Assembly (NCBI GenBank): GCA_016699265.1
Contig: CP064967.1
Coordinates: forward strand, 300,001 to 332,000
Direction of reading: 5' to 3'
Length of the DNA stretch: 32,000 nt
Source: Candidatus Saccharimonadota bacterium
GTDB taxonomy: Bacteria > Patescibacteriota > Microgenomatia > UBA1406 > GWC2-37-13
Within the stretch, counting starts at the first letter, position 1, and every line of letters begins with the position of its first letter. This document shows positions 16,545-24,311 of the stretch, one piece after another. The notes beneath the pieces are model-generated. The model did not search any database, was not told the origin of the DNA, and saw only the letters and a program-made list of their open reading frames with translations. The position numbers and the translations under genes are program-made.

Positions 16545-16629
16545 GTCATCCTGAGCCCGCCGAAGGATCTAGCGAAGCGCTGCGTTCCGCTTCCGCGGAA
16601 CTAGATCTCTCGCTTGCGCTCGAGATGAC
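16545..16629. repeat. 85-nt GC-rich imperfect palindrome (REP/MITE-like)
   Basis: gtcatcctgagc...gatctag pairs with ctagatc...gctcgagatgac, and the inner stem gcgaagcg pairs with cgcttccgc. Much higher GC than the flanking sequence. Confidence 0.6.
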
Positions 16630-16649
16630 AGTGAAGTAATGACCTTATT

Positions 16650-17489
16650 TTACGTTAGATTCTTGATTATTTCAATCACGGATTTGAGCGGAAGGGACGA
16701 AGGAACGGAGTCGGGTCTCTTTGATGATCCGTTGAGGAGCATATTTTTTGAAATATGTAAAAACCATGTCGCCTTTCCGTCCACTTTTTTGATTGCTTCG
16801 TATAACGGCGTAAGATCGTACTTTTTTGAAGGTAATGTTTTAATTCTGTAGGTATTATCGTTGCTGTAAAACAAGAGCACAAACTCGTATCCCTTCTTAA
16901 GTGCGAGCTTAATTACCGACTCGTTTTCAGAGTCGAGAGCCAACGATTTTCCGAAAGATGAGGTGAAGGTATATCCTTGAGTAATCTCTTTTTCGGCACG
17001 AATTTTCATCTTTAAGACCATGAGGCATGCATCAAGCATCTTAAAAATTACATCGCAACGTTCCACGTCATCTTTTAGACTTCGTTTGAGTCCATCTATT
17101 ATTCGATGAAGCCCAAAATCATACACATCATCATCTGGGTTGGGTAGGTAGACATCCGCAAAATTATCATCCAAGATCACAAACTTCATGAGACGCTCTA
17201 ACGCTTCGTAGTCGGTGTCAAGAATATGGTGGTTTTGGTAAAGAAAGTTGAGGACAAGTTTCGCCGCACAGAGGTTGCGGTCTTCTATATGATGATGGTC
17301 AAACTGGCCTAGACCCGTATCCACATGAATAATATCCGGATTACTATCGGGAGACATATTCTCAAGCGTCGTTCCTGCAGAAACAAATTTCAATTCTGCC
17401 TCATTCCACTGGGGCAAGTAACGTCTGATGAGCCAGACGCTTGTTGCGGCATCAAGATCAACTGAGATGTGAGTAACAATGCTCTTCAT
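16650..17489 (-). CDS. DHH-family phosphoesterase (NrnA-like)
   Basis: Motifs HISVDLDA (DxD), HVDTG and FDHHH (DHH). The start overlaps the proS stop (ATGA). Confidence 0.65.
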   Translation of the reverse strand: MKSIVTHISVDLDAATSVWLIRRYLPQWNEAELKFVSAGTTLENMSPDSNPDIIHVDTGLGQFDHHHIEDRNLCAAKLVLNFLYQNHHILDTDYEALERLMKFVILDDNFADVYLPNPDDDVYDFGLHRIIDGLKRSLKDDVERCDVIFKMLDACLMVLKMKIRAEKEITQGYTFTSSFGKSLALDSENESVIKLALKKGYEFVLLFYSNDNTYRIKTLPSKKYDLTPLYEAIKKVDGKATWFLHISKNMLLNGSSKRPDSVPSSLPLKSVIEIIKNLT

Positions 17490-18737
17490 TTTGCGTGGGT
17501 TTTGGATACGAGTTCTTCGATCGTGAGTAGTTCCGCATCTTTCGATGATCGAGATTTATACTCTAATTTTTCTCCTGTTTTTCTTGAGATAACCAATCGG
17601 TGAGGAATACCTATGAGATCGGCATCGGCAAATTTCTCTCCCGCACGTTTCTCTACGCGGTCGTCAAACAAAACAGATATTCCGTGAGTTGTGCGAAGTA
17701 TCTCGTACAGTTCATCAGCTCGTTTTTTTACCTGTTCATCCTGAAGATCTAGTCCTACCAGGTGGACTGCAAACGGCGCCACACTCTCTGGCCAGATAAT
17801 ACCCTTTTCGTCAAAATGCTTCTCAACAATAATGCCCATTACGCGTGATATACCGATACCATAGCATCCCATGATAGGATATTGTTTCACACCCTCTTTA
17901 TTTGCAAAGGTAAGGTCAAAGTCTTTCGAGTACTTTTGACCAAGGTCGAAAACGTTTCCCGCCTCAGATGCTCGAGCTTTTTTCAGCTCAGTTTTTTTAC
18001 ATGAAGGACATGAGTCTCCTTCATTCACTTTGGCTATCTCCACGTTTACGCAGAAATCACAATTTTCACAGTATAAAATATCGTCCTCACCAGCATCGGT
18101 AAGAACCATAAATTCATATGAAATTTTCTGTGTAAAACTTCCGCCTGATGCTTCGGTCACTTTAGCAGTGAGTCCAAGTTTCGTAAAAATTTTAAGATAA
18201 GCCTCCTTCATTTTCTGGTAGTAGAGATCGAAATCTTCCTGCGATTCATGAAAGCTGTAGAGATCCTTCATGAGAAACTCAATTCCTCTTAATATTCCTG
18301 ACTTTGATCGAAGCTCATCGCGATACTTCCAGTGAATCTGATAAGCTGCCAGTGGTAAATCTTTTATAGGTGTTGATGCGTGATTTTGCGAGTGGCGTTA
18401 CGACCTCTTCTTCACTCTGGCCAAGCGCATAGTCTCGATCAGTGCGAGATTTAAGTTTGAATAGTACATCAATATTCTCCCAACCTTTTGTTTGCTTCCA
18501 GTTTGCGCTAGGGTGAAGAATCGGCATGAGAATCTCGTTTGCTCCGAGCTCGTTCATTCCTTCGCGAACGACCTGTTCGATATTGCGAAGTACGCGAAGA
18601 CCTAAAGGAAGATAAGTGTAAACTCCAGCCATAAGCTGTTCGACATATCCGGCCTGTGAGAGAAGTTTATGATTTACTGTCGTTGCATCTTTAGGTGCTT
18701 CGTTCAGTGTTTTACCAAATAGTTGAGAGTATCGCAT
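17486..18737 (-). pseudogene. proS: proline--tRNA ligase, interrupted by a 1-nt frameshift (or assembly error)
   Basis: ORFs 18315..18737 and 17486..18271 are the N- and C-terminal parts. Removing one A from the run at 18362-18365 reads ...[45 protein letters not shown]. Confidence 0.85.
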
Positions 18738-18743
18738 GAGGAC

Positions 18744-18749
18744 ATTATA
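18744..18749 (-). promoter_or_regulatory. -10 box TATAAT, 6 nt before proS ATG
   Basis: Minus strand reads AGTTATAAT-GTCCTC-ATG. Confidence 0.5.
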
Positions 18750-18751
18750 AC

Positions 18752-19309
18752 TTACTTTGCTTGCTTGAAGCCGAGTTTATCTAACACGATCCCCATCGAT
18801 TCATTAGCGCCGGTCTTGTAGGTGTCAATTATGACATCATAATATTTTGGATCCCAAAAGTCATGATTCCCATAGAGTCTTTGCCATGTGGGTATATTTT
18901 CTTCCTCTCTGTTTTTCATCCATTCTTTGGCTTGATCGACCGTGATTTTTCTCGATTAACCACTCTGTCTACACGAACAGCATATTCGGAGCAGACGACT
19001 AGCACCTTGAGAACGTTTGGTAAATCTCGTGCCAAAAATCCGGCAAGCCATGCTTCGTAAATGATATTTTTTCTTCTTTGAGCATTTTTCGGTCATTGCC
19101 TCGATGCTGCGCTCATGCTCGTCGGTACGCGAAGCAGCTCCCGATTCATTATCGTTTCTTCCTTCTTTACGATCAAACTCTCGCTGAATAGAGCCCGCAT
19201 TTTGATACTTCCAGTCGAGTGCCGCTCTTAAATTCTTTGCAAGCGTGGTGGTTCCAACGGCTATTTTCCCAGATACGGTAATTGCGGTGTATTTTGGATG
19301 ACTAAACAT
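18752..19309 (-). pseudogene. cytidylate-kinase-like P-loop kinase with two frame changes
   Basis: N-terminus ITVSGKIAVGTTTLAKNL (degenerate P-loop). Middle part NIIYEAWLAGFLARDLPNVLKVLVVCSEYAVRVDRVVNREK in another frame. C-terminus ITVDQAKEWMKNREEEN...YYDVIIDTYK back in the first frame. Switch points fall at T-runs 19067-19072 and 18946-18950. Confidence 0.55.
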
Positions 19310-19382
19310 ATTTATCTGTTAAATAATTTATAATCACATCATGAATAATTTTGATCTGCTGCGAGGAAAAGTAAGGTCAAAC

Positions 19383-20431
19383 TTAACCTTTAAAAATTTT
19401 GATATAACTTCTCGACATTTTTATTAACACGTCGTTTGCTGCCAGAAACAAAAGAGTTCATTCCGAATGTTAACGAACTCCAAGTCTTCCTCGCAGTTAC
19501 CCAGTGAGAATGGGAACGGCAGTATCAAGAGTTGGAAACGGAAGATTACAGCTAAGTTCAGGAGCGCCATTAATTCTAAGAACTGCATTCTGTCCAAACT
19601 TAATCGCTTGACCAGTATACTGAGCAATACCGATTGGTCCTGCAACATCAACATTTTTTTTTCATGGTGAAAAAGTTAAAAGCGGTCTTCCCAACTCTAT
19701 TCACGATTGTTTTGGTGATGGTGAATGAGTGAATAAGTCCATAAAACGGCGCTTGATACCAGTTGTATTTCTTCTCCTCATAGGAGGTGATGAGTAGTCC
19801 TAATGGACCTTCACCTTGCTGGTGGAGAAAGACGAGGAATGATCATGATATTCTTTTCTTTTGCCCTGTGATTTGACGGTAAAAATAACTCGTTGACGGC
19901 AAATTTCTTACTGTAGTTGGTAAGATCAGCGGTCGAGGCAAGCGTAAACATTTTGGAACCAACGGTGATGCGAGTAAGCTGGTCTCCTGGCTGTAGGTGC
20001 GCCTGTTCAGCGGGAGAGTTTTTCAGTGTTTTATCAACGAGGACCTTGTTTGTGGGAGTTGGAACGCCCTGAGTAAATAAGTAGGAAATAAGGATCCATG
20101 CGAGAAGGAAGTTACCCAACACTCCGGCAATGATTACAAATGCTTTTTGCGCAGGCGTTTTATTAATGAACGCTTTGTCTGCGTCGACTTTGGATCGATG
20201 TTTGGCATTTTCTTCGTGGTATTCCTCTCCAAATAATTTCACGAAGCCACCAATGGGAAGAAGATTAATGCTGTAGAGCGTGTCTCCCTTTTTAATTCCC
20301 CAGATTCGCGGTGGAAACCCAAAGCCAAACTCCTCTACCCGTATCCCATTTTTTTTGGCGGCAAGAAAATGCCCTAGTTCATGAATAAGAACTAAAACAG
20401 CGAGGATGATGATAAAGACGACAATATACAT
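19383..20431 (-). pseudogene. rseP: RseP-type site-2 (M50) metalloprotease; C-terminal third scattered over three frames
   Basis: HELGH and a PDZ domain in the intact 206-aa ORF. Downstream pieces GEGPLGLLITSYEEKKYNWYQAPFYG..., VDVAGPIGIAQYTGQAIKFG, LNLAVI.. and ..LLFLAANDVLI lie in different frames. Confidence 0.7.
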
Positions 20432-20440
20432 GAATGCGAT

Positions 20441-20998
20441 TTATACTTCTCTAATTTCCTTTTCCTTTGAGTCTTTTACCGAATCGATTTCTTCCATAAT
20501 CTCTGTCGATGCGGAGTCTATCTCTTTTTCCAATCTAAATTTTGCATCCTCGGTGATTGTTTTTTGTTCAAATTGTGTCTTCACCTTACGTCTATTTTCA
20601 TCGCGTAGACCGCGTACCGCAACTCGCTTCTCTTCAACCATCTGTCCAGCGATTTTAATGAATTTTTCTCTTTGCTCCTGAGAAAGAGGAGGAATTCTCA
20701 CCAGAATTCTTGAGCCTTGAGATGCGGGTGTAAGTCCCATAGCTGATGTAAGAATCCCCTTTTCTATGTCTCCAACCGTTGAGGCATCGTAGGGTGTGAT
20801 GACGAGTGTCTGCGAACCTTCAGTTGTGATGCCTGCAATCTCTTTCAGTTTAAGCGTTGTGGTTCCGTTGTAGGTGGTGATCTGAAGATTTTCAACAAGA
20901 GCAGGAGTTGCGCGACCTGTACGAATAGATTTCAGGTCTTCTTTGAGTGCGAGGATCGTCTTTTGAGCTGATTGCTTGAACTGTGTGACAATGTCCAT
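20441..20998 (-). CDS. frr: ribosome recycling factor
   Basis: 185 aa, RRF-like throughout (LKSIRTGRATPALVENL...IPPLSQEQR). Confidence 0.95.
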   Translation of the reverse strand: MDIVTQFKQSAQKTILALKEDLKSIRTGRATPALVENLQITTYNGTTTLKLKEIAGITTEGSQTLVITPYDASTVGDIEKGILTSAMGLTPASQGSRILVRIPPLSQEQREKFIKIAGQMVEEKRVAVRGLRDENRRKVKTQFEQKTITEDAKFRLEKEIDSASTEIMEEIDSVKDSKEKEIREV

Positions 20999-21003
20999 AT
21001 CAC

Positions 21004-21009
21004 ATTATA
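21004..21009 (-). promoter_or_regulatory. -10 box TATAAT, 5 nt before frr ATG
   Basis: Minus strand reads CGTTATAAT-GTGAT-ATG, in the 15-nt tsf/frr spacer. Confidence 0.45.
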
Positions 21010-21013
21010 ACGA

Positions 21014-21475
21014 TCAGTCGTTCAGTTTCCAGCGTAGAATTCGGGAGATCTTGATGTTTTCACCAAACTTAAGTACCGCTTCCTTGAGAAGGTCTTCTAT
21101 GGTTTTTGAGGAGTCGCGAATGTACTCTTGTTTAAGGAGTTCTTCCGCATTTTTTGGGTTGAATGAAGCAACCTGCATCGCAATTTCTCGACCAAAAGAC
21201 TTGAAGTCGCTATTTCCCGAGACGAAGTCAGTCTCGCATAGGAGTTCAACTAAACCAGCAGTTTTGCCATCGTGGTGAATGTAACTGTAGATTCCACATT
21301 GAGAGGTTGAGCGTCCGGCAACCTTCGTTACCTTTTCGGCTCCCCAGTCCTGCAACTTCTTTTTGGCTTTTGCGATATCATTGTCGGTCTCTTCAAGAGC
21401 CTTTTTAATTAAAGAAAATGAAACCTCGGTCTCATCTCGGAGTTGTTTTAGTTTTTTAATATCGGCAGATGGCAT
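21014..21475 (-). CDS. tsf: elongation factor Ts (short form)
   Basis: N-terminal UBA-like IKKLKQLRDETEVSFSLIKKALEE; follows rpsB. TGA stop. Confidence 0.85.
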   Translation of the reverse strand: MPSADIKKLKQLRDETEVSFSLIKKALEETDNDIAKAKKKLQDWGAEKVTKVAGRSTSQCGIYSYIHHDGKTAGLVELLCETDFVSGNSDFKSFGREIAMQVASFNPKNAEELLKQEYIRDSSKTIEDLLKEAVLKFGENIKISRILRWKLND

Positions 21476-21497
21476 GGCAGTATTCAGTATAACGAAA

Positions 21498-22187
21498 TTA
21501 GCTCTTCAAGTATGGAGCTAAAAGATCATTCATCAAAAACTCAATGGATTTTGGTGAGTCATCATTTGCAACGACCGGATAGGTTACGGTATCAGGATCG
21601 GTGTTGGTGTCGGTGATTGCAACAACGGGAATCTTAGATTTTGCTGCCTCAACCACTGCATTGTTTTCTTTTTTACTATCGATGATGAAGAGAGCATCAG
21701 GGTGCTTTGCTAAGGTGCTTATACCCCCATAGAATTTTTCAAGCTTCGCGACTCGCTTTTTGAGCTTTACAATTTCATGTTTCGCAAGCTTTCCCCAGTC
21801 TCCCTGAGCTTCCGCGACCTTCAGATCATTCAGTTTTTTTATGTTTTTTGCAAGTGTTTCAAAGTTTGTCAAAAGTCCTGGAAGCCATTTGGCCGTAATA
21901 AAGGAAATGGAGTGCTCTCGGCAGAAATCAGCTACTACTTGGTTCGCAACTTTTTTTGTTGCAACAACAAGAAGAACTTTATTCTCTTCCTTTAATTTTT
22001 TAATGAACTCTCTCGCTTTCTGAAGTTGTGGTACGGTCTGTGTAAGGTCAATAATAGATACGCCATTATCGATGCGGTACACATACTTACGAGCACGAGG
22101 ATGTAGTCTGTTCTTTTTGTGGCCAAGGTGAAGCTCGGCTTCGAACAATGTTTCGACCAGTTTTAAATCATTTGCGGCTGTTGACAT
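21498..22187 (-). CDS. rpsB: 30S ribosomal protein uS2
   Basis: 229 aa, S2-like (LFEAELHLGHKKNRLHPRARKYVY...); rpsB-tsf synteny. Confidence 0.95.
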   Translation of the reverse strand: MSTAANDLKLVETLFEAELHLGHKKNRLHPRARKYVYRIDNGVSIIDLTQTVPQLQKAREFIKKLKEENKVLLVVATKKVANQVVADFCREHSISFITAKWLPGLLTNFETLAKNIKKLNDLKVAEAQGDWGKLAKHEIVKLKKRVAKLEKFYGGISTLAKHPDALFIIDSKKENNAVVEAAKSKIPVVAITDTNTDPDTVTYPVVANDDSPKSIEFLMNDLLAPYLKS

Positions 22188-22193
22188 CCTGTG

Positions 22194-22202
22194 ATTATAT
22201 CA
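22194..22202 (-). promoter_or_regulatory. extended -10 TGaTATAAT, 6 nt before rpsB ATG
   Basis: Minus strand reads TTTTGATATAAT-CACAGG-ATG. Confidence 0.55.
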
Positions 22203-22237
22203 AAATTTATAGCTAATATGCAACTATGTAGATTGCA

Positions 22238-23123
22238 TTACTGCTTGAGGAGGAGTTCCTTAAGATATGCGCGAAGCTCAGGGCCGACCTCAGGATGCTC
22301 AAGCGCGAGCTCTACAGAAGTTTTCATATACTCAAGTTTATTTCCCGTATCGTAGTACTTTCCGTTCTCAACCTCGACTGCGTAGACAGGCACTCCTTCG
22401 TCCTTGAGTAAATTGATGGCATCGGTCAGCCAGATTTCCCCGCCTTTTCCTGGTTTGAGTCTTTTGAGTGCAGAAAATATCTCAGGAGGAAGGATGTAGC
22501 AACCATGAGTAGCTATGTTTGAAGGCGCTTCATCGGGCTCCGGGTTTTCGACAATCGCTTTAATTTTATAAACATTCTTTTCTCCAGAAACCGCCTCGAG
22601 GTCAGCAATTCCATATCTCTTAAGATCTTCCTTTTTCTCGATTTTTACACCGGAAATGACGATTCCACCATATTTTTCATAAGACAGGAATCATCTGGGC
22701 GAGTCTTGGGGTAGCATAGATAAACTCGTCTCCCCAAAGAACCGCAAACGGTTCATTCTCGATTGACTGGTTCAGCGGCGAGAACAGGGGTTCCATTTCC
22801 GTAAGGACCCTTTTGGCGAACATAGATAAAGTTAGCCATATCTGAGATTTTCTTGACCTCCTCAAGGAGATGTTCTTTGTTTCCTTGAATAAGATTTTTG
22901 TAAGATCTTCGTTCGGAATGTCGAAATGGTCCTCGATTGCTCGTTTGTTTGCTCCAGTCACGATAATGACATTCTCAACTCCGGACTGAACTACTTCCTC
23001 AACAACATACTGAATGACCGGTTTATCAACGATCGGAAGCATTTCCTTAGGCATCGCTTTTGTCTGTGGAAGAAAACGAGTTCCAAACCCAGCAGCGGGG
23101 ATAACGGCTTTTGTAATTTTCAT
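22238..23123 (-). pseudogene. galU: UTP--glucose-1-phosphate uridylyltransferase with about 3 frame changes
   Basis: [21 protein letters not shown] at the N-terminus. Other frames give [42 protein letters not shown], then [13 protein letters not shown], then [28 protein letters not shown]...LKELLLKQ*. The last 147 codons contain no ATG-initiated ORF above the track size cut-off, so they are absent from the ORF track. Confidence 0.85.
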
Positions 23124-23126
23124 GTC

Positions 23127-23537
23127 TTAGTCGAACTTTAACCGTAACTCTTTGAGAAACTTGAACGGTATTATCGATGACGGCAGAGACCTCCGTTGTG
23201 CCTGGATTCTGAGAGGTGAGTGAGAAGGTCGCCTTTCCATTTTTGTCCGAAAAGCGATCTTAGGGTGATTGTTCCCAAGTTGTATTCATGAGGACTTCTC
23301 TTGTTGGAATGGGTTTTCCGGACTCGCTTCTCACGAAAACGTCAACCTTCACCACATCGGATTGTTCACCTTGAGTTGAGAGGCCATGCAAAGATAAGGC
23401 TTTTCTCAGCAGAAGGTTGGTAGTCCTCCGCTGCTCTCGTAAATCTACTCAGTGGTTTGCCAAAGACTAAGACCGAGATAAAGACAAAGAATGTTGAAAA
23501 AGAAAAATGAAATAAGTCCTGCAAGTTTCTTATCCAT
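23127..23537 (-). pseudogene. secreted/anchored protein with an Ig-like (Big-type) domain, broken into four or more frame pieces
   Basis: MDKKLAGLISFFFFNILCLYLGLSL (anchor), then GEQSDVVKVDVFVRSESGKPIPTREVLMNTT, then SDKNGKATFSLTSQNPGTTEVSAVIDNTVQVSQRVTVK in different frames or after an in-frame stop. Confidence 0.4.
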
Positions 23538-23543
23538 AGTTAG

Positions 23544-23549
23544 ATTATA
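23544..23549 (-). promoter_or_regulatory. -10 box TATAAT, 6 nt before ATG at 23537 (TTGACA 18 nt upstream)
   Basis: Minus strand reads TTGACA-N18-TATAAT-CTAACT-ATG. Confidence 0.55.
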
Positions 23550-23702
23550 TGGATTATAGCATTTCAATGTCAAATTGTAATATGGACGTAGATTTTCAGA
23601 ATAATCTAAACATTATCCATTCATTCAAAGCGCAAGCAGTGAGTATAATTTCTTTTTGAATATCCTCTATAGATCGTTGATCACCGGTCACATTGGTGCA
23701 GT

Positions 23703-24308
23703 TTAAAGTAAGTGCCAATGATTAAAGGTCTCCTTAAATTGTCGATATACCTGTGCGGTCTGTTTTCGGTGATGTGAGCTTTCCTCATGAATATCTGCCT
23801 TACCTTGGAGATAGTGGTGTCCCCGTCCCTTCTCGAGCTTTTCATCAGATTTTTTCATACCGATTTCCCATGGAAGATCGAGGTAGATGACGATGTCCTC
23901 ATGGGGAAGTTTGAGTTGGTCGTACTCGAGTTGGGAAATCCACGATATAAACTCGGCTCTTTTGGTAGGATCTGCGATGTTTGCGGCTTGATGTGCCATG
24001 TTTGACGGTACGTAGCGATTTGCAATCACCACTCCCCCTTCTTTAATAAATGATTGAATTTTTTCTCTTACTGTTGATCGATCGAGAGCGTAAACAATCG
24101 AAACAAGATACGGTGAAATCTGAGCAATTTGTCCAAATTCGCCACGGAGATACTTCGCTATTATCTGGCCATAGAAGCCGTCATATTGAGGAAAATCGAG
24201 GTACATCACGGGTGTCCCTATGTTTTCAAGATGTTTTACAAGAAGTTTTGCCTGAGTTTCCTTGCCTGACCCGTCAACACCTTCGATAACAATAAATTTG
24301 CCTTTCAT
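23703..24308 (-). CDS. tmk: thymidylate (dTMP) kinase
   Basis: P-loop IVIEGVDGSGKETQAKLL; 201 aa. Confidence 0.9.
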   Translation of the reverse strand: MKGKFIVIEGVDGSGKETQAKLLVKHLENIGTPVMYLDFPQYDGFYGQIIAKYLRGEFGQIAQISPYLVSIVYALDRSTVREKIQSFIKEGGVVIANRYVPSNMAHQAANIADPTKRAEFISWISQLEYDQLKLPHEDIVIYLDLPWEIGMKKSDEKLEKGRGHHYLQGKADIHEESSHHRKQTAQVYRQFKETFNHWHLL

Positions 24309-24311
24309 ACA

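Noticed and set aside
19424-19670. Track ORFs 19424..19654(-) and 19467..19670(+) as independent genes.
   Set aside because: The minus ORF is a frame-shifted fragment of the rseP C-terminus (LNLAVI..). The plus ORF is antisense to it.
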